A stretch of DNA of 64,000 bases from Acutalibacteraceae bacterium (GTDB lineage: Bacteria > Bacillota > Clostridia > Oscillospirales > Acutalibacteraceae): contig JAZUBL010000055.1 in NCBI GenBank assembly GCA_045638545.1, forward strand, positions 880 to 64,879, written 5' to 3'. The notes under the pieces are model-generated. The model saw nothing but the letters and a program-made list of their open reading frames with translations. It was not told the origin of the DNA and ran no database searches. Position 1 is the first letter of the stretch. Every line of letters begins with the position of its first letter. Of this stretch, positions 55,558-64,000 are shown one piece after another. The translations under genes were made by a program, and so were the position numbers.

Positions 55558-56583
55558 ATGAGAATTCTGGTTACCGGCGGTGCCGGATATATTGGCAGCC
55601 ACACCTGTGTGCAGCTCTTAGAGGCAGGACACCATGTGGTGATTGTAGACGACTTAAGCAACAGCCATAAAGCTGTTATCGGAAGAATTGAAACGCTTGC
55701 CGGAAGATCGGTAGTTTTTTATGAAGAAAACGTATGCAACAAACCAGCACTGCAGAAAATTTTTGCAGAAGAACATCCGGAGGCTGTAATTCATTTTGCA
55801 GGCTACAAGGCTGTTGGCGAATCTGTTGCGAAACCTCTGGAATACTACCGTAATAATCTGGACAGCACGCTGACACTTCTGGAAGTAATGCGGGAGTTTG
55901 ATGTGAAAAATCTGATCTTCAGCTCTTCAGCTACCGTATATGGTGATCCTGCTGTTGTGCCGATTACAGAGGAACAACCGCTTGGTATCACAACCAATCC
56001 ATACGGTACCTCTAAGATGATGCAGGAGCGCATTCTGATGGATATGGCTATTGCAGATCCATCCTTCAACCCGATTCTGCTGCGCTATTTTAACCCTGTT
56101 GGTGCACACGAGAGCGGCATGATTGGTGAAGATCCGAATGGTATTCCAAACAATCTGATGCCGTATATTTCTCAGGTAGCGATTGGCAAACTGGAAAGAC
56201 TGCGTGTTTTTGGCAACGATTACCCAACACCAGACGGTACAGGTGAGCGCGATTATATCCATGTTGTGGATCTGGCTGCCGGTCATGTTGCAGCATTGCA
56301 GTTGTTCCATGAAAATTGCGGCCTGAAAATTTACAACCTCGGCACAGGTACCGGTTACTCTGTGCTGGACGTACTTCATGCCTATGAGAAAGCAGTTGGC
56401 AGAGAGCTTCCGTATGAAATCACCGATCGCCGCGCCGGTGACGTAGCTATGTGTTTTGCAGATCCAGCCAAGGCAAAAAAAGAGCTTGGCTGGAGCGCAG
56501 ATAAAACACTGGATGAAATGTGTGCTGATTCCTGGAACTGGCAGACTAAGAATCCGAACGGCTTCAGAGGGGAGACGGAATGA
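55558..56583 (+). CDS. galE: UDP-glucose 4-epimerase
   Basis: 341 aa from MRILVTGGAGYIGSH.. YGTSK catalytic motif. Confidence 0.9.
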   Translation: MRILVTGGAGYIGSHTCVQLLEAGHHVVIVDDLSNSHKAVIGRIETLAGRSVVFYEENVCNKPALQKIFAEEHPEAVIHFAGYKAVGESVAKPLEYYRNNLDSTLTLLEVMREFDVKNLIFSSSATVYGDPAVVPITEEQPLGITTNPYGTSKMMQERILMDMAIADPSFNPILLRYFNPVGAHESGMIGEDPNGIPNNLMPYISQVAIGKLERLRVFGNDYPTPDGTGERDYIHVVDLAAGHVAALQLFHENCGLKIYNLGTGTGYSVLDVLHAYEKAVGRELPYEITDRRAGDVAMCFADPAKAKKELGWSADKTLDEMCADSWNWQTKNPNGFRGETE

Positions 56584-57977
56584 TGGTATTCGGGCATCAT
56601 ATCAGAGCATATCATGACGAGATTTTTACTTTTCTGGCAGAAATGATTGCCATTCCGTCTGTTTCCAATCCAGAGTCAACAGAAGAAGGCAAGCCATTTG
56701 GTGAACACTCCGCCAGAGCATTGCAGCATATTTTGCATAAAGGCACAGAGATGGGATTTACAGCAAAAAATGCAGGTAACTATGCCGGTCATATAGAGTA
56801 CGATTGCGGTGCGGAAGGACTGGCGGCTGTTCTGACTCATGTTGATGTTGTTCCTGCCGGTGCTGACTGGGAAACAGACCCATTTACACTTACAGAGAAA
56901 GACGGACTTCTCTATGGCAGAGGTGTGCTTGATAACAAGGGTGCAGCTGTTGTTTCTCTTTTCTGTCTCAAAGCATTAAAGGACCACGGCATTACAGGCA
57001 AGCGTAAGCTGCGCTGTATTTTTGGTGCTGGAGAAGAAATCGGCATGGAAGATATGCCGCACTATTTTGCAGAGGAACCAATGCCGGAACTGGCATTTAC
57101 ACCAGATAGCGACTACGGTATCTGCAACAGAGAAAAAGGTATTCTTCGTTTTGATTTATCCGCATCCGGCAGTAATGAATTGTTAACAGCATTCCACAGT
57201 GGTCAGGTAGTAAACGCTGTGCCGGATCTTGCACAGGCTGCATTGCACTGCACACAGGAAGAAGCAGAACAGCTGCACAGTTATGCAAATGCTGGTAATT
57301 TAAAATTTGAGATGGTACAGGATTCAGCTTCGAACACATTAACACTGACTGTTCACGGCAAAGCAGCCCATGCCATGGAACCGGAAAAAGGCCAGAATGC
57401 AGCATTGATTCTCCTGCATCTTCTGGATCAGACATTTGGAAAAGAGCGGCTTGGACCATTGCCATCTTTTCTTATTGATAAAATTGGCCTGGAATACACT
57501 GGCGCTGCATTTGATCTGAATCGTGAAGATGCTCCATCCGGCCCTCTGACATTGAATCTTGGTATGCTTCACATTGACGAGAACAGCGCAAAAGCTGGTA
57601 TTGACGTCCGTTATCCTGTAACTGCTTGCGGCGAAGACATTATTGAAGCTGCAAAAGCACAGGCAGAGGCAGCAGGTATCTGCTATCGGACAGCTGAGCA
57701 TATGAAACCGCTTTATGCAACAGAAGATTCTCAGCTGGTGTCTATTTTAAGCGGTGCATATGAGGCAATTATGGGAGAAAAAGCAGAACTGTATGCAACC
57801 GGCGGCGGCACTTATGCTCGCTGTATTCCTGGCAGCTGCGTTGCTTTTGGTCCAGTATTTCCGGATGAGCCGGATCGCAAAATGCACCAGTGCGGTGAGC
57901 ATATTGATAAAGAGCGTTTTATGCGCCATGCAGAAATCTGTCTGGAAGCTATGTATCGTTTTATTACAGCAGAATAG
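56580..57977 (+). CDS. pepV: M20-family dipeptidase (PepV/Sapep-like)
   Basis: 465 aa; ..HVDVVPAG..W..DPF.., ..GRGVLDNKG.., ..GAGEEIG.. ATGA overlap with galE. Confidence 0.8.
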   Translation: MMVFGHHIRAYHDEIFTFLAEMIAIPSVSNPESTEEGKPFGEHSARALQHILHKGTEMGFTAKNAGNYAGHIEYDCGAEGLAAVLTHVDVVPAGADWETDPFTLTEKDGLLYGRGVLDNKGAAVVSLFCLKALKDHGITGKRKLRCIFGAGEEIGMEDMPHYFAEEPMPELAFTPDSDYGICNREKGILRFDLSASGSNELLTAFHSGQVVNAVPDLAQAALHCTQEEAEQLHSYANAGNLKFEMVQDSASNTLTLTVHGKAAHAMEPEKGQNAALILLHLLDQTFGKERLGPLPSFLIDKIGLEYTGAAFDLNREDAPSGPLTLNLGMLHIDENSAKAGIDVRYPVTACGEDIIEAAKAQAEAAGICYRTAEHMKPLYATEDSQLVSILSGAYEAIMGEKAELYATGGGTYARCIPGSCVAFGPVFPDEPDRKMHQCGEHIDKERFMRHAEICLEAMYRFITAE

Positions 57978-57982
57978 AAAAA

Positions 57983-58012
57983 AGCAGTACCGTGATTCGG
58001 TACTGCTTTTTT
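57983..58012. terminator. Bidirectional terminator between pepV and the AbrB-like gene
   Basis: AGCAGTACCG / CGGTACTGCT flanked by an A-run and a T-run. Confidence 0.75.
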
Positions 58013-58256
58013 ATTTCAGTGCATCCAGTTCCTGCATACATTGCTTGCAGATGCCTTTTCCTTTGAATTCTGTAACATCCTCTGTACTGTTGCAGAACAT
58101 ACAGGTTGGCTCGTATTTTTTAAGGATAATAGAATTGTCGTCTACGAAAATTTCAAACTGATCTCCGGTCTTAATCGGCATAAGCTTCCGTAATTCTTTA
58201 GGCAGTAAAATACGATTCAGGTTGTCAATTCTTTTTACAGCGCCGATTGGCTTCAT
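58011..58256 (-). CDS. AbrB/SpoVT-family transition-state-regulator-like protein with a C-terminal CxxC..CxxC tail
   Basis: 81 aa. The SpoVT-AbrB swapped-hairpin N-terminus (VKRIDNLNRILLPKELRKLMPIKTGDQFEIFVD) is followed by CMFC..CKQC. Confidence 0.75.
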   Translation of the reverse strand: MKPIGAVKRIDNLNRILLPKELRKLMPIKTGDQFEIFVDDNSIILKKYEPTCMFCNSTEDVTEFKGKGICKQCMQELDALK

Positions 58257-58411
58257 ATACGATCTACTCCTTTATCATTTTAATTCTTACAAAATTGTAC
58301 CATTTATTGGCAAATTTGTCAATAAACACCATGAATCATCTGGCAGTATGTTTGAATAAAAAATATAATTGAAACTTTTACCGCATATCTATAGGGTAAT
58401 GAGGTGGTTTT

Positions 58412-59011
58412 ATGCTGAATTATATCTGGTTGTTTTTGATTCTGATCAGCTTTGTCTGCGCGATATTTACAGGAAGGATGGAACTGCTTTCCGCCGCAGT
58501 TATGGAGGGTGCAGGCAGCGCTGTGTCACTTGTCATTACGACAGCAGGTATGATGGGCCTGTGGACAGGAGTGTTGAAAATTGCAGATGAGGGAGGATTG
58601 ACCAGACTTTTGGCAAGATTTTTTTCTCCGATTTTGCGACGGATTTTTCCGGATTATCAGCAGGACAGCCCGGCAATGAAAGCAATCTGCATGAACGTTA
58701 CAGCAAATTTGCTGGGACTTGGAAACGCAGCAACACCTTTTGGGCTGGCCGCCATGCGGGAGATGCAGAATGCACGTGCCAATCCATTATCGAGAACAGC
58801 AAACCACAGTATGATTCTATTTGTTGTTCTGAATACAGCAAGTATTCAATTGATTCCAACATTTCTTGGCACAATTCGGATGCAGTACGGCTCTAAAGCG
58901 CCATTTGAAATTCTTCCGGCTGTCTGGCTTACTTCCATTGCGAGTCTGGTTGTCGGACTGTTGATGGTCTATTTATTTAGAGAGAGACCGAGTAGGGAGC
59001 GCTGCTTATGA
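58412..59011 (+). CDS. spmA: Spore maturation protein A (nucleoside-recognition/Gate-domain membrane protein)
   Basis: 199 aa; MLNYIWLFLILISF..; ..NVTANLLGLGNAATPFGL.. Confidence 0.8.
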   Translation: MLNYIWLFLILISFVCAIFTGRMELLSAAVMEGAGSAVSLVITTAGMMGLWTGVLKIADEGGLTRLLARFFSPILRRIFPDYQQDSPAMKAICMNVTANLLGLGNAATPFGLAAMREMQNARANPLSRTANHSMILFVVLNTASIQLIPTFLGTIRMQYGSKAPFEILPAVWLTSIASLVVGLLMVYLFRERPSRERCL

Positions 59012-59532
59012 CAGCATTTACTGCTTTTATTGTACCCACTTTCCTTGTGCTGATTCTGCTCTATGGATTTGCAAAGAAAGTACCGGTATTTGATACATTT
59101 CTGATCGGTGCAAAAGAGGGGCTGCAATCTTCTGTATCGATTCTTCCTGCACTGATTGGGTTGCTGATGGCAGTCACCATGCTGAATGCTTCTGGTGCTT
59201 TGGATTTATTTTCAGAATGGATTTCACCGTTCGTATCCTGGCTGGGATTTCCGCCGGAGGTTGTACCGATTGCATTGCTGCGGCCTGTATCGGGGAGCGG
59301 TTCTACAGCAATCCTGACACAGATTTTTGAGCGATATGGTGCAGATAGTTTCGCAGGGCGTGCAGCATCAGTGCTGGCAGGATCGACGGAAACAACGTTT
59401 TATGCAGTGGCTGTTTATTTTGGCGCTGTGGGAATTAAAAAAACACGCCATGCCATTCCATCTGCACTGATGGCAGATCTGGCTTGCAGCGTGTTTGCGG
59501 TGATAACAACCAATTTATTTTTCGGACAATAA
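59008..59532 (+). CDS. spmB: Spore maturation protein B
   Basis: 174 aa with a 4-nt overlap onto spmA; ..LLRPVSGSGS.. Confidence 0.8.
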   Translation: MTAFTAFIVPTFLVLILLYGFAKKVPVFDTFLIGAKEGLQSSVSILPALIGLLMAVTMLNASGALDLFSEWISPFVSWLGFPPEVVPIALLRPVSGSGSTAILTQIFERYGADSFAGRAASVLAGSTETTFYAVAVYFGAVGIKKTRHAIPSALMADLACSVFAVITTNLFFGQ

Positions 59533-59570
59533 AAATGCTGTGACAACAAGCTTGTGTCACAGCATTTTTA
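59533..59570. terminator. Bidirectional terminator between spmB and mscS
   Basis: ATGCTGTGACA..TGTCACAGCAT palindrome flanked by AAAAA and TTTTT. Confidence 0.75.
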
Positions 59571-59574
59571 TTAT

Positions 59575-60594
59575 TTAGAATCGTGTGATTCCATTTTCAT
59601 CACAATCAGGTGTGGAGTCGGCTGTAATTTCCGGGTCACCGCCGGAGCTGCCGATTGGGTTTACGATATGTACGTCAAGCTGGCTGAACGGTACGCGGAT
59701 GCCCTGATCACGGAATGCGTTACTGATAGCTTCGTTAATATCCCAGAAGCAGAGCCAGTAATCTTCCGGCTTGCAGAATACGCGGAGAGAGCAGGAAATA
59801 CCGTCCGGCTTCTGACCAAGGATTACAAAACGGGAAATCGGATCATCCAGAACCATTGGGTTATCTTTTGCAATCTTCAGCAGGAGATCACGGGTGTAGC
59901 TCAGGTCAGAACCGTACTGCAGGTTAAAGTCAAACTCTGCACGGCGTACACCGAGAGAGGTGAAGTTTGTTACTGTACCGGCTGTCAGTGTGCCGTTTGG
60001 AATAACAATTTCCTGGCTTTCCAGTGTTTTCAATGTGGTGTACATGATTTCTACACGGGTTACAGTGCCTTCAATGCCATTGATCGCAATGTAATGACCA
60101 ACGCTGAATGGCTTTGTGATAATCAGCTGGATACCGCTGGCCAGGTTTGCAACAGGTTCTTTAAGACCAAGACCAAGACCGACGCCGGCGGCACCAAGTA
60201 CAGCAAATACACTGGTGAAGTTGATGCCAAATGGGAAGAGAGAGCAGATGATAATAATAAAATAGAGCATATACTTTGTTACGGAAGTAATAAAGGTATA
60301 TACGCTTTTTTCAATACCTGCTCGGCTCATTGCGCGCTTCATAATGCGAACGATTGGTTTTACAAGCAGCCAGCCACCTACGAGAATTGCAGCGGCAATC
60401 AGGAAGCTAGGCCAGTGGGTAAAGAACCATTCACCAATTGCGCTCCAGAAGGTTGTGATTTCTTCTACGGTGTGAACAACAGCGTCTTCTACAGAAGAAA
60501 TTACAGGTGCTTCTTCAACGACCTCTTCGACAATCTCCGAAACTGCGGACGAAGTATCAGAAGAAGCCTCTGCCAGTAAAATATTAAGCAGCAT
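59575..60594 (-). CDS. mscS: Small-conductance mechanosensitive channel (MscS family)
   Basis: 339 aa with an acidic N-terminal tail, 3 TM helices, then the MscS beta-domain (..PFSVGHYIAINGIEGTVTRVEIMYT..). Confidence 0.85.
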   Translation of the reverse strand: MLLNILLAEASSDTSSAVSEIVEEVVEEAPVISSVEDAVVHTVEEITTFWSAIGEWFFTHWPSFLIAAAILVGGWLLVKPIVRIMKRAMSRAGIEKSVYTFITSVTKYMLYFIIIICSLFPFGINFTSVFAVLGAAGVGLGLGLKEPVANLASGIQLIITKPFSVGHYIAINGIEGTVTRVEIMYTTLKTLESQEIVIPNGTLTAGTVTNFTSLGVRRAEFDFNLQYGSDLSYTRDLLLKIAKDNPMVLDDPISRFVILGQKPDGISCSLRVFCKPEDYWLCFWDINEAISNAFRDQGIRVPFSQLDVHIVNPIGSSGGDPEITADSTPDCDENGITRF

Positions 60595-60788
60595 AGGAAT
60601 CCCTCCTAATCGTCATATTGAATTAATTTATACTCATAATAACACAATTTTTTATATAAATAAAGTAACAAATTATGAATTACGAAACTGTAACCGCAGA
60701 TTAAAGAGAATTTACTGCATTTATAATGCGAAATTGATATAATAATACCAGAAATAGTACAGAATTGTATAAAAATGGGGGTGTACGC

Positions 60789-61979
60789 ATGTCAACCGAT
60801 AAGTTGCATGTCTATACAATCTGTTTCCCAGCCTATGACAGCACCACACAGCTGCATGGCTGCCTTTACAACATTCGACGTAATTTTTTTGAAAATGGCG
60901 TATCTGAAAAGAAAGTAATTACAGATTATATTGGCGAAAATTGTACAAAGTATAGTTATTATATTTCCCAGTGGGGTATGGGTTGGAGAAAAACAGTAGA
61001 CGGAAAACTTCTCGAGTATTCCGTGCCGGAACGGGATGGCTGCTCCATTCTGTTCCAGGATAGTGATTCTCATCACTATGAAAAAATTATTTATGACAAC
61101 AATTTGGATTGGGTAAAAACTTATTATTACGACAAGAACTCTGATGCACAGATTCCGGCACATTCCGTTGAATTGGTAGACGAGAGAGGTGTTCTGCTGA
61201 TGAGAAGTTATGATGATGCAGGCAATCCGAAATCCAGTCTGAAGCTTTATCCTGGTTATTCTGATATGAACTCCGAGATCAATGATCTGCTGGATAAAGA
61301 ATCCGGAAAACCAATTATTTATGCAACTACAAACCGCGGCGAAGTATGTTTCTGCACAGCAGAACAGGCAAGACTGCGTGGTTCTGCAATGGAACATATT
61401 AAGCCAACTACCGTTTCTCTGAATCTGGAAGAAGTGATGGTTTCCACATACGATTGGGATGAGCGTGAAGCACAGCTGTTTGCAGAGTGCGTTCTTCTGC
61501 TCCGCGGTGCAGATTCCGAACCGGATGAACTGGATCGCCTGACACAGCAGGTTGTGGCAGATTCCAAGAGAGACGTGGATATTCGTGAAGAATTCGAACG
61601 CACTGTCAGAGAGACAGAGGCATGGATCCATCAACTGTCCACACAGCCAACTTATCTGTCTGTGGATGATCCATCTGAAGACGCTAACGAATTGTATTCT
61701 TACTCCAGTTCTTATATGAAAGAGCATGATGATGATCTGTATGAAGTAATGTCTCTGATCAATCATCTGGAACAGAAGAATAAGCAGGAAGAGGTTCACG
61801 AAGAAGAGAAAAAGCCAGTTGATTCCGAGGGTGTCAGCCTGTACGAACAGCTGGAAACACTGCGCACTTCCGGTCAGAAGATGCCATCCCGCTACACTGT
61901 GGCTGGCAGGAAAGGCAAAGCCAAAATGGTCCATGCTACGGAAGTATTCGACCACGAAAGAGGCAACCAGGCTGGTTAA
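60789..61979 (+). CDS. Hypothetical protein (N-terminal YD-repeat-like beta region, acidic helical C-terminus)
   Basis: 396 aa from the ATG after GGGGGTG. No signal peptide and no family recognised. It has degenerate Y-x-Y-D-like motifs (TYYYDKNSD, RSYDDAGNP, KIIYDNN). Confidence 0.5.
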   Translation: MSTDKLHVYTICFPAYDSTTQLHGCLYNIRRNFFENGVSEKKVITDYIGENCTKYSYYISQWGMGWRKTVDGKLLEYSVPERDGCSILFQDSDSHHYEKIIYDNNLDWVKTYYYDKNSDAQIPAHSVELVDERGVLLMRSYDDAGNPKSSLKLYPGYSDMNSEINDLLDKESGKPIIYATTNRGEVCFCTAEQARLRGSAMEHIKPTTVSLNLEEVMVSTYDWDEREAQLFAECVLLLRGADSEPDELDRLTQQVVADSKRDVDIREEFERTVRETEAWIHQLSTQPTYLSVDDPSEDANELYSYSSSYMKEHDDDLYEVMSLINHLEQKNKQEEVHEEEKKPVDSEGVSLYEQLETLRTSGQKMPSRYTVAGRKGKAKMVHATEVFDHERGNQAG

Positions 61980-62003
61980 GATTGCGTAACAGGAGGAATT
62001 GCC

Positions 62004-63269
62004 TTGCAATGGATAGAATTGCATGACGTCGGATTCGGCGAGTGCATTGTCATTGGAGGGCGGAAAAAAGAAGTCTTGATGATCGACTGCGGTTCTTTAA
62101 CGCCGCGGCTTGATGCAGACTGGCTGTTTCGTGATTATGTGACAGTAATTGGAGAAAAGTATGGGGAAGCAGAGGAGCGAAGCTTTTTGCTTTCCCATTT
62201 TCATAAAGATCATTATTGCGGATTGCCTTTGCTTTTGCGGGGCAATCCGTACTATTTTGACCGTATTTATATTCCATGCTGTCCTGTGAACGAAAATGGC
62301 ATTCCGCTGCTGATGGAACTGACAATTTTAATTGAATCTTTCGTTTCGGGTCCCGGTACCGAAACTGTGAGAATGAATGGCGCAAATCTGCGTTTTTTCA
62401 AAGAAATCTGTGATCTGGCGACGACAGAAGTAATCTACACACTGCAGGCTGGCGATATTCTGGAGTTTGACGAAATGGAGTATCAGGTTCTCTGGCCGCC
62501 AAAGGAAAACTATCCGTTTGCTCTGGAACTGGAGGAATTGGTCAGAGATTGTGAAATAATTTTACAAAGCAGCAATGATCCCTGTGCTGAGAGTTTTCTG
62601 ATTCTGAAAGAGCAGCTGTGCAGTGCTTATGTACGGTGTATGGATGCCTTCAGCTACCATACCCACGCGGATGCAGAAGAGCGGCAGGCCTGTATTGATG
62701 ATTTACTCCTGCTGTTTGAGGAGTTAAATCGGCTGCTGCCGCGTCTCCATGTACTGCGTGTATCAGAAGAAATCAAAGCGCTACTTTGTGACCGATCAAA
62801 AGTAATGGCGGTGGGATATGAAATCAATGGTACCAGCCTTGTACTTTCCTCGCCGGAAGTATTGCTGACCGGTGATGCTTCTCCACAGACAATGGAGAGA
62901 ATTGCACCGCAGCTCTGCGAAGATTACAGGGTAGTGAAAGCACCGCATCATGGTACGGAATCTGCCTGGTGGGATGGTTTTGCGGACATGGGTATTACGC
63001 ACCTGTTAATCAGCAATGGTAAAGCAAGATCAGGCGGAAAAATCTGCACTTCTTATGCAGAACTGAATGCTCTGCATCATTGTACCGGGGCAGATCATTG
63101 TGCGCATCTGGAAGAAGGAAATACCTGCTGCAATGCGCAGCTTTACTGCTTGCAATGTGTGCCGGAGGATGGTTGTCCGATCCAGTGCAGGAAAAATCAG
63201 TGTAATATTTATATTGCTTCCCGCGATCCAAGCCATACCTGCCGATGCACAGAAAAGCTGAATGCATAG
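62004..63269 (+). CDS. ComEC/Rec2-type MBL-fold metallo-hydrolase with inserted helical region and a Cys-rich C-terminal tail
   Basis: 421 aa with a TTG start 7 nt after AGGAGG. Motifs SHFHKDHY (HxHxDH), ..LLTGD.., ..KAPHHGTES.. The tail (residues about 366-420) has 14 Cys and several His. Confidence 0.65.
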   Translation: MQWIELHDVGFGECIVIGGRKKEVLMIDCGSLTPRLDADWLFRDYVTVIGEKYGEAEERSFLLSHFHKDHYCGLPLLLRGNPYYFDRIYIPCCPVNENGIPLLMELTILIESFVSGPGTETVRMNGANLRFFKEICDLATTEVIYTLQAGDILEFDEMEYQVLWPPKENYPFALELEELVRDCEIILQSSNDPCAESFLILKEQLCSAYVRCMDAFSYHTHADAEERQACIDDLLLLFEELNRLLPRLHVLRVSEEIKALLCDRSKVMAVGYEINGTSLVLSSPEVLLTGDASPQTMERIAPQLCEDYRVVKAPHHGTESAWWDGFADMGITHLLISNGKARSGGKICTSYAELNALHHCTGADHCAHLEEGNTCCNAQLYCLQCVPEDGCPIQCRKNQCNIYIASRDPSHTCRCTEKLNA

Positions 63270-63285
63270 AAAAGAGAGGGACAGT

Positions 63286-63744
63286 ATGACTGGAAAAATA
63301 CGTTACATTGTCACAGGGGTATTTCTTGCAGCTACGTTGCTTTTTGTGCTGTTTATTTTCGGTAACTCCATGCAGACCGGAGAAAATTCCGGTGCGCTCA
63401 GCAAAGCCGTGTTAGAGATCCTGCATTCCATGGGTATTATGGTATCAGAGTTATTCATTCGTAAATCAGCACACTTTCTGGAATACTTTGCCCTTGGTTT
63501 GCTGTTGGCGATTGATATTCGCCGTATTACAAGAAACTGGTGGGCACGGATCTTTGCGCCGCTTTTCTGTGGCCTGTTGATTCCTGTCTTTGACGAAGCG
63601 ATTCAGCTGTTAACGCCGGGACGCAGCGGTGAAGTTCGCGATGTGTTAATCGATTTCACCGGTGTCATTACCGGTCTTGTATTGATGACATTACTCATTT
63701 ATCTGATCATAGATCGAAGAAAGAAAAAATATCCTGCTGCATAA
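63286..63744 (+). CDS. VanZ-family membrane protein
   Basis: 152 aa from MTGKIRYIV..; ..RKSAHFLEYFALG.., ..DEAIQLLTPGRSGEVRDVLIDFTGV.. Confidence 0.75.
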   Translation: MTGKIRYIVTGVFLAATLLFVLFIFGNSMQTGENSGALSKAVLEILHSMGIMVSELFIRKSAHFLEYFALGLLLAIDIRRITRNWWARIFAPLFCGLLIPVFDEAIQLLTPGRSGEVRDVLIDFTGVITGLVLMTLLIYLIIDRRKKKYPAA

Positions 63745-63786
63745 ATCTTCCCCCGCTGGTACAAACTAGCAGCGGAGGTGGAATGC

Positions 63787-64000
63787 ATGAATGAAAAAAA
63801 CGGCACACATAAAAAAGGGAGCTGGGGTGTTCGGAGCGTATATATCGCCCTTGGTATTTGTCTGGTTGCTGTGGCGGTTGCCTCGTGGATCACGTTTGAG
63901 AGCATTTCTTCGACGCTGAACAGCGGCAATGATTCAGCAGATGCAGATATCATTGAGCCTGTTAATGACTCTGTCAGCGGTGTCACAGAAGATGTCAGCA
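63787..64000 (+). CDS. Partial CDS (5' end only): membrane-anchored protein of unknown function
   Basis: ATG after GGAGGTGG. The frame stays open to the window end: MNEKNGTHKKGSWGVRSVYIALGICLVAVAVASWITFESI.. (one TM helix). It is absent from the ORF track because no stop is reached. Confidence 0.5.
   Translation, partial: MNEKNGTHKKGSWGVRSVYIALGICLVAVAVASWITFESISSTLNSGNDSADADIIEPVNDSVSGVTEDVS

Noticed and set aside
1-64000. Searched by eye for rRNA, tRNA, tmRNA, RNase P, SRP and 6S RNA genes, CRISPR arrays, transposases, integrases, prophage genes and toxin-antitoxin pairs.
   Set aside because: None was found. There are no regularly spaced repeats, no tRNA-like T-arm signatures in the intergenic regions, and no recombinase-like ORFs. 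The only accessory-looking segments are 31.6-32.7 kb and possibly 60.8-63.3 kb.

Overview
This is a chromosomal window from an anaerobic, spore-forming Firmicute that looks Clostridia-like (spoVB and spmA/spmB, a T-box leader, several [FeFe]-hydrogenase loci). All assignments come from reading the supplied translations and the DNA by eye; no searches were run.

Gene content in order:
- metF with a stand-alone MetH-activation-domain gene (minus strand).
- An [FeFe]-hydrogenase maturation operon (TM1266-type regulator, hydG, hydF) behind a long leader that contains a terminator.
- A T-box-controlled ilvB-ilvN-ilvA-ridA operon.
- spoVB (-), prmA, pheA (-), acpP, proS.
- An uninterrupted S10-spc-alpha ribosomal cluster (rpsJ to rplQ, including secY, adk, map, infA, rpoA). 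It includes rpmD and rpmJ, which fall below the ORF-track cutoff.
- A low-GC pair of paralogous hypothetical genes.
- serA-serC (-).
- A five-gene cassette: DRTGG, GHKL kinase, hydrogenase-like Fe-S protein, DRTGG, PHP.
- Two tandem HydABC-type [FeFe]-hydrogenase operons.
- A lipoprotein gene and a DUF218 gene.
- pyrC-pyrF-pyrK-pyrD, a histidine phosphatase, ruvX, galE, pepV, an AbrB-like regulator, spmAB, mscS.
- An unknown gene paired with a ComEC-type MBL-fold gene, then vanZ.

I saw no rRNA, tRNA, CRISPR array, transposase or integrase.

The most interesting material:
- The uncharacterised sensor/kinase/DRTGG/PHP cassette next to the hydrogenases.
- H-cluster motif variants: SSACP in the sensor-like protein and TSCSP in HydA2.
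- A HydB paralog reduced to its NuoF core.
- The unclassified leader in front of the maturation operon.
- The two small accessory modules at 31.6-32.7 kb and 60.8-63.3 kb.

Many very long antisense ORFs in the track are judged to be codon-bias artefacts.
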